In this document: positions 24,600 to 37,179 of the stretch, one piece after another
Layout of the letters: each line of letters opens with the position of its first letter
How positions within the stretch are numbered: position 1 is the stretch's first letter
DNA from: Octopus sinensis
Lineage: Eukaryota
Direction of reading: 5' to 3'
DNA: 64,000 nt
Assembly (NCBI RefSeq): GCF_006345805.1
Contig: NC_043005.1
Location: 89,156,001 to 89,220,000 of the forward strand
Program-made: the position numbers and the translations under genes
Notes under the pieces: model-generated
The model's database searches: none
What the model saw: the letters and a program-made list of their open reading frames with translations, nothing else
What the model was told of the DNA's origin: nothing

Positions 24600-27431
24600 C
24601 ATACAAAGAAACCATACAATGAAAATGCAGAGTGGATCAAACGCACCCAAGATGACTGCAAAAATCTACAAGAACAGGTATGGGAAGACATGTCAATCGC
24701 CTACCTAAGGAGGGCACTAACGAAGGCTCATAAGTGGAAATCCCCTGGTATTGATAGAGTACCAAATTTCTGGCTCTCATCACTCTCGTCAGCACACAAA
24801 ATGTTAGTATTACTATTTAATAGTTTTATGAAAGACCCGGAAAAAACACCACATTGGATGGCAAATGGTATTACTTACCTCCTCCCCAAAAATAACAAAA
24901 CGAAAGACCCCAAAAACTACCAGCCTATAACATGTTTATCTACTACCTATAAGATTTTGACATCTATTCTAGTAGGGAAAACATATTCTAGTAGGGAACA
25001 AAAAGGATGCAGACGAGGCTCATACGGATGCAAAGATCAGATCCTAATTAATCGCATGATCCTTGAGAACTGCCATAACAAGCGCAGAAATCTCAGCTCT
25101 TCGTGGATTGATTATAAAAAAAGCCTTTGACAGCATACTACATTCGTGGATTCTGAAATCGCTGGACATTTTCAAAATTTCTCCTGTGATTTCAGATTTT
25201 TTAAAGTATAATATGTCACTATGGAACACGAAGCTCCAATTATATCATTCTAATGGAGTATTGCACTCAAACAACATTAGCATAAACTGTGGAATTTTAC
25301 AAGGTAACTCACTTTCACCACTAATTTTCTGCATAGCACTAATATCACTCTCAAGTGAACTGAATAGAACAGGATATGGCTACAAAATTGACAACAGAAA
25401 AATAAGCCATCTATTTTATATGGATGACTTAAAGCTATATGGCAAAGATGATGAAGAGCTTGAAGGATTATTACATACTGTGAAAAGATTCAGTGATGAT
25501 ATCGGGATGGAGTTTAGCCTTGAAAAGTGTGCCAAAGCCACTTTTAAGAAAGGGAAATTGGTAAATTCTAGTTCAATTGAATTAGATGTCGAAATAGTAA
25601 TAAAGGAACTTGAGTAGGAACAAACCTATAAATACCTAGGAATAAATGAAGGCTCTGGTATCCAGCATGCAAGCATGAAAGAGAAGGTTAGGAAAGAATG
25701 TTATAGAAGAGTTCGAGCAGTCCTGAAGTCTAAGCTGAATGCATATAAGGTGTTAGCCATAAATTCCTTAGCAGTACCAGTTGTTCTATATAGCTTCAAT
25801 TGCTTAACTGGAATACCAGTGAAATAATGAAAATTGACAGAAAAATCCGCAAGCTACTGACTTGTAATAAGATGCACCATCCAAAGGCAGACGTGGATCG
25901 CCTTTACCTTCCCAGAGCTCAGGGAGGTCGAAATTTGATCCAGCTTGAACTTACATACAAAACCACTACAATCGGACTGGCTAAATACCTTGAAGCAACC
26001 AACGATTGGATGCTAAAACTTGTTGAAAACATGAAAGACTGAAAAGACTTCACTCTATTCTCAAAGAGAGCAAAAAATTCGCTGCTGATCTCTTAGATAC
26101 CCACCAGATTGATCAGGCTGAAGGAAATACGCCAACTGCAGCTGCAAAGAAAATAAAATTAATTGCAAAGACAAAAGCACATGAAAATTTAGCTAGCAGA
26201 TGGGAACAGAAACCTCTCCATGGCAAGTATGTGGCCGGTAGCAAATAAGCTGATGTCGACTAGAAACACACACACCAATGGTTACGAAGCTCAGGGCTAA
26301 AAGCAGAGAGTGAAGGTTTCATATTAGCTGCTCAAGACCAAAGCTTATTTACCTGGAACTACCAAGCCAAAGTGATGAAAAATGGAGCTGACCCAAAATG
26401 CCGATTCTTTAACGATGAAATTGAAACAATAGACCACCTAATCTCAGGGTGTAGAGTCTTAGCACCTGTAGAATATAAAGCAAGACATGACAGAGTTGGC
26501 CAGTATTTACACTGGATAATATGTCGGCATTATAAAATCAAAACCGCTAACAAATGGTATAAACATCATCCTGAAGCTGTGACTGAGGGAGAAAATGTGT
26601 CGATTCTATGGGACTTCCCCGTGCAGACCGACAAGACTATAAAAGCTAATAAACTGGATATTATTATAAAAGATCAGACAAAAAGGATTAATAAATTGAC
26701 ATGAGTATTCCCTGTGATCACAATATAGCGGCGAAAGAATTTGACAAGATTAGTAAATACTAGCAGTATCGCCCGGCGTTGCTCGGGTTTGTAAGGGAAA
26801 TAACTATAAAGCATTTTTAGAGAGTTATAGCCAAAAACTGGAAAAAAAATGATGGTAAATTTTTTTAGTTAAAAAGGTCGAGTTGCGTCCCCTAGACAGT
26901 CTGTGGTTTGTGTTTTCAAAATTTTCGCTGCGTTAGTTTTGAATTATGACATTGGGCTATGTGTGTGTCAAGTTTCATCAGAATCGGTTGAAAGCCGTGG
27001 TCAGGGTGAGGGTACAACCTAACAGACACACAGAAACACACACAGACAAACTGCCGTTTATATATAGAGAGATAAAGACCTGCTAATAGAAATTGAAAAA
27101 ATCTGTGGCATCTCAAGGCGACTACAGTACCAGTGATTGTAGGATCTCTAGGAATGATAAAAAAAGGTACTGAAACCTATTTGAAAATAATTCCAGGCTC
27201 ACCATCCCTACAGGAAGTGCAAAAAATCGTATTAACTGGAACGGCTCATGTACTGAGAAGAGCATTATCGCTGTGAAAATAACATCCATCCATGAATTTA
27301 TTTATTTATTAATTTTTAAATACATATTTTATCTGTGAATTTGCGCGTGTAATCTGGGAATGCATACAATGTCCTTCTCTGCCCTAGATGTATGGACGAG
27401 AAATGGAAGAGAGTTTGAAGAAAGAAGGAAA
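24598..27431 (+). mobile_element. 5'-truncated R4/Dong-like LINE (RT, CCHC finger, restriction-like endonuclease) flanked by (TAA)n
   Basis: WKSPGID, NYQPITCL, EQKGCRRGSYGCKDQ, WIDYKKAFDS, QGNSLSP, YMDD, CRF...ETIDHLISGC, RHDRVGQYLHW, ILWDFPVQTD, KYKDLLIEIEK, LTGTAHVLRRALSL*; (TAA)n at 24530-24597 and 27432-27490. Confidence 0.9.
26760..27072 (-). mobile_element. Non-autonomous Helitron (313 bp) inserted in the R4/Dong LINE
   Basis: Minus strand starts TCTCTCTATATATAAA and ends cccgagcaacgccgggcgatactgCTAG; it sits between A and T with no TSD. Removing it restores agt aaa tat aaa gac (SKYKD). Confidence 0.9.
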
Positions 27432-27453
27432 AAATAATAATAATAATAATAAT

Positions 27454-27489
<36 letters not shown>

Positions 27490-28239
27490 CCTGCCTTAGC
27501 ACCTAATTCTGAGATGAGGACTAATCAAACTTCTTTTAATCATGAATACCAAATACAAGTGAATAATGCCTGTGTGATTCTAAAACCACAATCGTTTGTC
27601 CTATAGGAAATCAGTGCTTAATGAAAAATATTGTGTATCAATGTAAGGTAATAAAAGGGGATCATAATTATTATTACACAGGTTCATCTACAAACAATTG
27701 GAAATCTAGATTTCATAATCAGTGTCATTCAAGTATAGATGAAAAAGTAATTCTACAAATCTTAGTAAAATCACTTGGGATTTAAAAGTCAGGAACATTA
27801 AGTATGATTTAAAGTGTTCCATTATTGTAAAATATTGGAAATTCTACACGTGATCTTTCCCTTGAAAACAAATGTATTATGTAATTACTTCTAAATTAAC
27901 ATTATCAAATTTTAATGGTAATTTTACAATTAAATGTCGCAAATTTTGGAAAACATTTAAATATTTCGATTCTTAATTACAATTGCATTTTATATAATAA
28001 GCATGATTTTTCTAAAAATGTTTAGTATATTTAATATATAGATAACTGATTGTTGTGATGTAGGATCTCAATATTTCTGGATGCCGTGACGTAGAATTCA
28101 TATGTTTATTTTTATTCTTTCGTTATCGACTGATGTAATCAAAGGTTTAATGCTAGGTTGGCTTTTCTTAGAATGTTATATTTCTTTTCAACGTTCTCCT
28201 AGTGTGTGTTTGTGTACCGGAGATATTTTCTCCACTTCT

Positions 28240-28517
28240 AGTTTTTATTTGTTTTAGTCATTAGACTGCGTCCATGCTGGGGCACCTTGAAATGTTTTTA
28301 TTCGAACAAATCAAAAAGCCTGGTACTTATTTTATCAGTTCTTTTTTGTTGAACCATTAAGTTACAGGGAGCAAACACTCTAACATCGGTTGTAAAGCAG
28401 GGATGGAGGACAAACACAGACACAAAGACACACAATCATACATATATACACACACACATATATATAAGGTAGAAAATATTTTAGTATTTTTCATCTTTTC
28501 TCTTTCTCTCTCTCCCT

Positions 28518-28563
<46 letters not shown>

Positions 28564-28730
28564 GACATGCTTCTTTCAGTTTCCGTCTACCAAATTCAGT
28601 CTCGAAGCTTTGGTTGGTCTGGAGTTATGGTAAAAGACACTTGCCCAAGGTGCCACGCAGAGTGACTGAACTCAGAACCACGTGATTGGCAAGCAAGCTT
28701 CTTGCCACACAGCCACGCCTGCGCCTATGC
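28240..28730 (-). mobile_element. tRNA-derived SINE (family A)
   Basis: Reverse complement of the 31565-32012 element, with a central microsatellite. Confidence 0.85.
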
Positions 28731-29186
28731 TCACTTTGCATTTAACTAATTTTATGATTACCTTGGAAACGTGTTAACATGTATTTTCAGATGTATCAGT
28801 TTGAATGATATTCCTTGAATCTATATATGGCGATACAACAGAAACGGTCGACGGCTTTCTTTGGTGAATTCAACAATTAAAGATGTGATTTTCTCTATCC
28901 CTAGTTTTGTGGTCTAATACTCTGAATTTCTTGAAATTCTTCTAAATGCTATTTAGATCTATTCGTCATCCGTAAGGAATTACTTTCGATGTGTATTCTA
29001 CTTGCATTGATTGGTGTCTGATTGCTGGATATTGTTAACCAAATTCGGTTAAAGACAAGTGTTTTAATGACATCTATATATATACATATACACACACATA
29101 TGCGCGTGCATGTGTGTGTATATTATAAATTCCCTCTTTATATCATCATCTTGCTTAAATGTTGTCATCATTGTTTCAAATTCCAG

Positions 29187-29358
29187 CTGCTGAAGTCTCT
29201 TCGGCGAACAATAGAATGAAATCTAACGTGGCCACCCACATGATATTTGCCACCGGACTAGTGATCATTTTTCCTCTGACTTACTTTGTGAGGACCTGGA
29301 AGACTTTGATGATCATAATATCAATCCCGTCACTGGTGTTCGCCATCGTCTATATCTG
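29187..29358 (+). CDS. SLC22-like exon (172 bp, phase 1 to 2)
   Basis: ttccag| and |gtaggt. AEVSSANNRMKSNVATHMIFATGLVIIFPLTYFVRTWKTLMIIISIPSLVFAIVYI fits the family E....KR...YF.R.WR.L pattern. Confidence 0.87.
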
Positions 29359-29569
29359 GTAGGTATGAAGGTATGTAAGGGTGGGTGGCTGGCTGGTTGG
29401 CAGGCTGACTGGATGGATGGATGGATGGATGGATGTGTATATACATATATGGTTATATGAACAATGGATCTATGTATGTATGTGTGTATGGACGTCTATG
29501 TATACGTATGGTTGGATGTGTGTATGTATGTACTGTGAGTACATGAATGTATGGATGTATGTATATATG

Positions 29570-29605
<36 letters not shown>

Positions 29606-29654
29606 GACGTATGTATGGGTAGATGGACGGATGTGTGTGTGTGTCTGTATGCAT

Positions 29655-29790
29655 GTACAACTCGTCACATAGTTGGCGGCTAAACTTGCAACCCTAACAA
29701 GCTTGCTTGGGAAGGCGGATGGGAGTGAGGTGGGGGTTTATGACGGACACCCTCCAGGATGAGAAACATAAACCCATCAAAGGGCAGTTG
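29655..29790 (+). mobile_element. Degenerate RTE-type 5' UTR fragment
   Basis: Similar to the reverse complement of 43420-43560 (ctaaac..gcaaccc..acaagcttgcttg...ggacaccct..aggatga.aaaca.aaaccc.tcaaagggcag). Confidence 0.55.
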
Positions 29791-30188
29791 GGGGTGAGGA
29801 ACCCTTAGTCTTTGTTTAGATATCTCTCTCGGGGAAGCAAACCTCCGATCTAACACCTATACCTCCGTCTGAATCCAATTTTGCGGGGAAAACATTCGTT
29901 GTTTATGGACGGGTACTTTAGGACGCTTTAAATATAGACTTCACTTGATTTTTAACAGGTGTGGGTGTGTGGTAAGAAGTTTGCTTCCCAACTGCATGGT
30001 TCTGGGTTCAGTCTCATTGTATGGCACCTTCAACAAATGTCTATCTCCCTATCTACCAATCTATCGATTTACCAATATCTTTATGTTTGTATGTATGTAT
30101 GTATGTATGTATGTATGTGAATATGTGTACGTATATATGTGTGTATATGCGGTTGTATTGATGAGATTTTCCGTTTTTTATTTGCAAG

Positions 30189-30401
30189 TTTCCTAGACGA
30201 GTCTCCCCGATGGCTCCTCAATAAAAAGAGAACAAAAGATGCCAACATAATTCTTAGCAACATCGCCAAACTGAATGAAAAAGTTTTGCCTCAAACAGAA
30301 ATCGTCAACATTTCCTCATCGAACAATAAAAGAGTAGAAACCTGGAAAATGTTTACCATTCCTCAGCTTCGAAAACGGACCCTAATTTTGACGCTAAACT
30401 G
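30189..30401 (+). CDS. SLC22-like exon (213 bp, phase 2 to 2)
   Basis: tttgcaag| and |gtaagt. FLDESPRWLLNKKRTKDANIILSNIAKLN...MFTIPQLRKRTLILTLN contains the ESPRWL signature. Confidence 0.9.
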
Positions 30402-30662
30402 GTAAGTGATATTACATTTACCATTTTCTGTGTATTCTTTATCTTTTATCGTTTACTTGTTTCTCTCATTTGACTGCGGCCATGCTGGGGCACTGCCTTG
30501 AAAAACTTTTACTTGAATTAATTGACCCCAGAACTTTTTTATGCCTGGTGCTGATTCCATTGGTTTATTTTTAACCATTAAGTTATGGGGACATAGACAA
30601 ACCAACACTGGTCATCAAGTAATGGTGGGGGACAAACACATACACATAGACACACACATAGC

Positions 30663-30701
<39 letters not shown>

Positions 30702-30800
30702 CATATATATATAATTAAATAAGGGTAGAAATTGATATTAATCAATAAAAACCAGTGGCCTAGCATATTTAAAAAATTCGAAGATTAAAACTTGTTTTTT

Positions 30801-31063
30801 ACATACAAAATTTAGAGGGTTGACCAATAAAAGTGGACACCCTGTATGCTAGATATAGACGTCAAAATCGCCAAAGTAATTAGTACATAGGTAATTGTTT
30901 TTTATTTCGTATATTTTCATTTTTCTTGCTTATTTTTACGCTTTGGTTTTCTGCTGAATTTTTTCTTGAGAACACATTCTCTGTGGAAAATGGCGATTTT
31001 GACGTCTATATCTAGCATACAGGCTGTCCACTTTTAGTGGTCAATCCTCTAAATTTTGTGTGT
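30801..31063. repeat. 73-bp inverted repeats containing mariner-like TACAGGGTGTCC ends that face outward
   Basis: Arms 30801-30873 and 30991-31063, bounded by (TA)n-rich DNA. Confidence 0.85.
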
Positions 31064-31064
31064 G

Positions 31065-31159
<95 letters not shown>

Positions 31160-31527
31160 GATGCTCATCAATAAGATAAGTCATGCTCCTACTTTTATTT
31201 AATATGGTTAAATCTTATCGATTATTTATAAATGTATAGTTTAATTATAACGTCCTCATTTATTTTATGTTATAGAGACCTGAAGAGTGGCTATATATTG
31301 TTGGACAGAAGAAATATTAATCTTTGAGATTATTGATCTTAATATTGTTGATTTGAATACATTGTCACAAAAGCACGTCGTCATTTTAATGTGTATTATT
31401 TAATATAGAAAATTTTAGAACAATATTAATAATAATATATTTAAATTTATATTTTATTATAGATAATATCTTTCAATTTTAATTGAATTACTTTATGGCG
31501 GTTCTGTCTCTTAATTATATATATATA

Positions 31528-31564
<37 letters not shown>

Positions 31565-31566
<2 letters not shown>

Positions 31567-31729
31567 CGTAGGAGTGGCTGTGTGGTAAGTAGCTTGTCTA
31601 CCAACCACATGGTTCCGGGTTCAGTCTCACTGCGTGGCACCTTGGGCAAGTGTCTTCTACTATAGCCTCGGGCCGACCAAAGCCTTGTGAGTGGATTTGA
31701 TAGACGGAAACTGAAAGAAGCCCGTCGTA

Positions 31730-31788
<59 letters not shown>

Positions 31789-32012
31789 CGTGTGTGTGTT
31801 TGTGTGTCTGTGTTTGTCCCCTAGCATTGCTTGACAACCGATGGTGTGTTTATGTCCCCGTTACTTAGCAGTTTGGCAAAAGAGACCGATAGAATAAGTA
31901 CTGGGCTTACAAAAGAATAAGTCCGGGGTCGAATTGCTCGATTAAAGGCGGTGCTCCAGCATGGCCGCAGTCAAATGACTGAAACAAGTAAAAGAGTAAA
32001 AGAGTAAAAGAG
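31565..32012 (+). mobile_element. Full-length tRNA-derived SINE (family A)
   Basis: Head ggcgtaggagtggctgtgtggtaag...ggttccgggttcagtc, central (TA)n/(GT)n, tail ggcggtgctccagcatggccgcag...gaaacaag(taaaagag)n. Further copies or fragments at ~8930-9085, 44425-44775, 50640-50870, 51715-51865, 54460-54590, 56810-57030, 58000-58150, 63058-63400. Confidence 0.9.
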
Positions 32013-32411
32013 ATATATGTATGCATGTATATGTATATATATATTTATTATAGATATATAGATTTATTATATCGCTTGTTCAAAGTTGTCGTTAATTCAA
32101 GAAAGAAAAATACTAATAGCGAGATTACACAATTGTTTCAATTTTGGGCACAAGGCCAGCAATTTGTTAAGAGTGGTGCTAGACGATTATATCGATTCCA
32201 TGTTTGACTGGTACTTTATTTTATCCGACCCCGAAGGGCCGAAAGACAATGTTGACTTTGGCAGGATTTGAAGCCAGAACGAAAAGCCGAAGCTATGTAA
32301 TGTTTTCTTTTTGCAAATAAGTTTCAACGGCGTTTTTGTTATTCCACGTACCACTAACAAAAAAATACCACAACTTTAAAATCTATGTGCATTTGGGAGA
32401 TATAAAAATGA

Positions 32412-34238
32412 TGTTTATATCCGGTTTTAAGTCCTACCTATAAATCACGCAGTGAGGATTACAAGAAAATTTTCAAAGAAATACCAAATGATGAACGGTT
32501 AATTGTAGATTATTCTTGTGCGCTTCAAAAAGACATACTTGTGCATGGTCGCATGTTCATTTCTCAGAACTGGGTCTGCTTCTATGCAAACATATTTAGA
32601 TGGGAAACTGTGTTAACTATTCCATGCAAGGAAATATGTGCTATTACCAAAGAGAAAACTGCCCGAGTGATACCAAATGCTATACAAATTGCTACAGAAA
32701 AAGACAAATATTTTTTCACCTCTTTTGGGACTCGAGACAAAACTTTTATGATGTTGTTCAGGATTTGGCAAAATGCCCTGATGGATCAGCCAATGACACC
32801 GCAAGAGCAATGGCATTGGGTTTACATCAGCTACGGAGAAGAACTTGGATTAACTTCTAGTGATGATGATTATGTTCCTCCTCCTGGTCTTGATTATTTG
32901 AGAGATCGACATATTACCAAAGAAGATGGCAGTATAGCTGGAAAGGACTGTCCAACTGATTCCTCCGATCAGCATGTGGTTCAAACAGAATCCATTACAA
33001 ATGATTGATGATACTGATCTCGTTGCTACTGATGATGCCTTTGAGCCTTCCCAGGATCCCATTGTTAATGGGGATGAACCATTAACAGATTTTGGAGATA
33101 CCACAGAAGAGAGTGATGACGGTGAAGGTCTACCATCTTGTTGTAACCCTGTTAAATGCCCTTCAGAGGAAACAGGAAAAATTATCTGTACTGGACATGA
33201 ACATTTTTCTAAGACTTACATGAATGAAGTCTTCAGTATTCCAGTGGACAAGATGTTTGAATATCTCTTCACAGATTCTCCATTTTTCAGGCATTTTGCT
33301 GAAGTCAGGAAAACTTATGAACTTGTCCTTCCTCCTTGGCCAGAAGAACCTGATGCTGATGGAAACCGAGAGCGTACAATAACATATACTCTGGCACTGG
33401 GAGCATCTCTGGAGCCAAAGAACTCAACAGCTACTGAGAATCAGGTGTGTTACAAACAGAGTCAACCTGGAATGTTGTATGTCATCGACACTTCTACCAC
33501 AATGGCTTCTGTACCTTACACTGAATCATTTTATGTTGAGCACCGGTATTGCATCACTAGAGCGTCTTATACCAAATGTAGACTCAAAGTAACAAGTGAT
33601 GTACGTTATAGAAAAACATTGTGGCGCATTGTAAAAAATATAATTGAGAAAAATGCTGCTCATGGTTGTTCAGAATATTTTCATTCATTAGCTTGTGAAT
33701 TGCAAGCAGAATCTGAAAAATTGGAACAGAACCATTCAGGTAGTCATTCTGTATCAAAGAAAAAAGTACGCAAACGTCGTCGGCAAATAGGTAGTACATC
33801 TGAAACACCAGTACAACGACCAGGTGCCGATTCTAAGTCAAAGGCAAAATCAGTCACTCCTTCCTCACCTTCAAAAAGTCAGTTATCAAATGATGAAAAG
33901 ATTATTAAACTCAATGCTGACACAATGATCAGATTAGTTTGTTTTGTATTGGTACTGCTTGTCATGTTTAATGCAGTATTGTTTTATAACTATGGTCTTT
34001 AGAAAGTTATGCCAACACAATATATTTACCATACTTAAAGAATGGTCTTCAAAATAAAGATAATTACCCACAGAATCAGGAAGAGTGGGCTGAGCTGTTA
34101 AAACAACAAGTATTACATGAAAGTGAACTAGAACGATGGAGAGAAATTCTATCAGCGGCTGTTATATTAGTAGATCAAGTTAAATTATCATTATCCCAAC
34201 TGCAGGAAACATTACAACATCGGCACCAGAGTAGATGA
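32412..34238 (+). pseudogene. GRAMD1B: Intronless, 5'-truncated GRAMD1/Aster (GRAMD1B-like) processed retrocopy: GRAM, VASt/StART-like, TM, C-terminal coiled coil
   Basis: VLSPTYKSRSEDYKKIF...ERLIVDYSCALQKDIL...FYANIFRWET...KEKTARVIPNAIQ...GLTSSDDDYVPP; VPYTESFYV; LVLLVMFNAVLFY; WAELLKQQ..HESELERWREIL. No introns; frameshifts near 33000 and 33988; no upstream in-frame ATG. Confidence 0.92.
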
Positions 34239-36068
34239 TGACAAGAACGACTAGGGGTGGGGAGGAGATACTGCTTTCTGCATTGCCGTTGACCATTTCA
34301 ACTCATACATCACATCAGGTCTAAGTAAGACTCTGCTGGACATCCTCTCATGAATTTCACTGAAACAACCAAAGGAATATTTTATGTGCTTGTTTCTTCA
34401 CTCCTTCCTCTCTCCTGCTTCTGACATCCAGTCTCTTTATTTAAAGTTGAGGAGAATTACAAAACAAAATCATAAATTCTTTTTTTTTTCCTTTTTTTTT
34501 TTTTTTTTCTTCTTTACATCTCCTTCCTTGGTCTTGAAATTATTTGCTGAAAACAGTTACTTCTGACCTGACTTGAAAAAATATATATATATAAAACTTA
34601 CTGTGACCAGGACTTAGACACAACTTGGCATACAATCCTAAGTGAAGAATCACTCTTTATCTTTGAAATTAGACTTATGGTAAAAAGGGTTTTGGGGTTT
34701 CTAGGGACAACAGCAACTACCATCAATCTTGGATTTAAACATTTATAGCAGACTTGCTTTTCTAAATTTAAACTAAAATGAAAAAGAAAACTTTCAAAAT
34801 GAAGGAAAACATGTTATTTTAGTTTATTATTAAAATCCTAATTATTTATTGAAAAATTATAAACCAGAATCAAAATATTAAATTTTTATTTCATATACTT
34901 ATATGTATGCATATATAATTTGGAAATGTCAGTCGTCCTGTCTCTCACATTTCCCTCTCTCTCAGTATTCTACCTCCATATCATTCTTACTGTTTCATCA
35001 TTCACATTTTTTAAGTTAATTTAGTGACCATTTTTTTAAACATTATTATTAATAATTCTGCTACTAATAATAATAACAACAACAGTAATAATATACTAGT
35101 TTTTCTAATTAGTGTAGCAGACCTTCTCAAAAATAAATGAGACAAGATTAGTCAATAATGTAACTTTCAGACCACCCATACATATCTACACAACTCTAAC
35201 CCTGCCCCCCCCCCACTCCAGACTTTGATTTCTTGTTATCTCTCAAAGTAGTTTCCATTAAATGAAAATGAAATTTTTCATGATGTTGAAGTGAGATATA
35301 TGCATGGTAGTTTTAAATCTATAGTGATAAGAGTTTTGTTTGTTTGTCTTGAAACAATGTCATTTCTCAACAAATCGCTTCCAAATTTGCACCCGAAAAC
35401 AAAGTCACCCCAGAATAATACACAAAGAAAAAAAATCATGGGTTCATGGTCATTTTTGGTTAAAACGGAGAGGATTCAAGAAAAGGGCTGCTGAAATACT
35501 GATAGTTGTAATGGAGTTGGTAATAGAGTAAGAATGTCAGTGTGAGGCAGAGAAATGTCAATTTATGATGATGAACTCTGTGTTTCTTTTTCCTTCAGTT
35601 TTTCTTATGTTTTTCTTCTCTCTTGAGCTTTCCCATTCTCTGTTTGTCATCCACACATACACAGACACACACTTTTTCACTGCTCTCCTTTACACAGCAA
35701 TACATAGCATATATTGAAACTCTATAGTTATTAACACTGATCATTTAAAAATTGTATCTTTTAAAAGGTTAGTATGAGACTTCAGATGCCATGGAAAGTA
35801 GAGAATTGTATGTCCTTTAACTGTCTGACATTTAAATTTCTGTATAGTTATAAAATATTCAGGGTTTAAGTTTTATGAATAGGATGTTTCTCTCTCTCTC
35901 TTTCTCTCTCTCTCTCACACACACACATATGCATCTTGTGTCTTGGGAGGGTCATTATGCCAACAATAATGACACATGCACCGGTCCAATATCACTTCTT
36001 TTTTGCTAGTCAGTTGGTTAAATATAACAACCAACTAATTGGTCATTTATAAACACTATATATATATA

Positions 36069-36690
36069 TAGTGCTCCCAGTTATGGTCGCCATATAGTGC
36101 CAAACTAACTGGGGCTTGAAGCAGTCCAACACCACTACACTAAAAAGATTGAAACAGTGCAGTGGATGAGCTACAGGGATAGGCTGAGAAAACTGCAACT
36201 TTATTCCCTGGAGCAAAGGCGTGAGAGATATTCTCTAATTCACATATGGAAAATTCTAGAAGGGCTAGTACCTGATTTCAGCATTGAGAATTATACAAAT
36301 GCCAGAACTGGCCACTATTGTATTGTACCAAAGGTACCATCCACTCCATTTAAATTCAGGACCAGGTACTGCAATAGTTTCAGGTTCAAAGGTGCACAGC
36401 TCTTCAATGCTCTGCCACAAAAATTAAGAAATCTGCATAAGGTGGAAGTAGATGTCTTCAAAAAGAAACTAGACATCCTCCTCTCCACAATATCGGATGA
36501 ACCAACAGACCGACATGAGGTACGGATGAAGGAAGCGGAATCAAACTCCCTTATACACCAAATGGGTCAACAGCTGGGACGAAGGCACATACAGGAGTGG
36601 TGATGTGAAACACCTCAGACTGAGGAAATCAAGAGGACCATGGTGGTGCCCCAGCATGACTGCAGTTGCATGGCTGTAACAAGTAAAAGG
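36069..36690 (+). mobile_element. 5'-truncated CR1/L2-group LINE 3' end, with the SINE-A-like tail
   Basis: CSQLWSP...SYRDRLRKLQLYSLEQRRERY...NSFRFKGAQLFNALP; tail ggtggtgccccagcatgactgcag...gtaacaagtaaaaggataaaag. Confidence 0.88.
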
Positions 36691-36696
36691 ATAAAA

Positions 36697-36753
<57 letters not shown>

Positions 36754-36759
<6 letters not shown>

Positions 36760-37172
36760 TCATGGCCGTTGCCAGCCTCGCCTGGCCCCCGTGCCGGTGG
36801 CACGTAAAAAGCACCATCCGTTCATGGCCATTGCCAGCGCCGCCCCGACTGGCCTCGTGCCGGTGGCACGTAAAAAGCACCATCCGTTCGTGACCGTTGC
36901 CAGCCTCGCCTGGCCCCCGTGCCGGTGGCACATAAAAAGCACCATCCGATCTTGGCCGTTTGCCAGACTTGTCTGGCACCTGTGCCGGTGGCACGTAAAA
37001 AACAACCAATACACTAATGGAATGGTTGGCGTTAGGAAGGGCATCCAGCCGTAGAAACATTGCCAGATCAAACTGGGCCTGGTGCAGCCTTCTGGCTTCC
37101 CAGACCCCAGTTGAACCGTCCAACCATGCTAGCATGGAAAGCGGACGCTAAACGATGATGATGATGATTATG
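36754..37172 (+). mobile_element. RTE 3' UTR/tail with about four internal ~60-bp tandem units
   Basis: Repeated catccgttc.tggccgttgccagcctcgcctggcccc.gtgccggtggcacgtaaaaagcac, then ggcgttaggaagggcatccagccgtagaaac and (GAT)n. Related copies at ~43705-43985, 46790-47335, 54210-54415, 58195-58410, 60720-60945, 61965-62120. Confidence 0.85.
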
Positions 37173-37179
37173 ATATATA

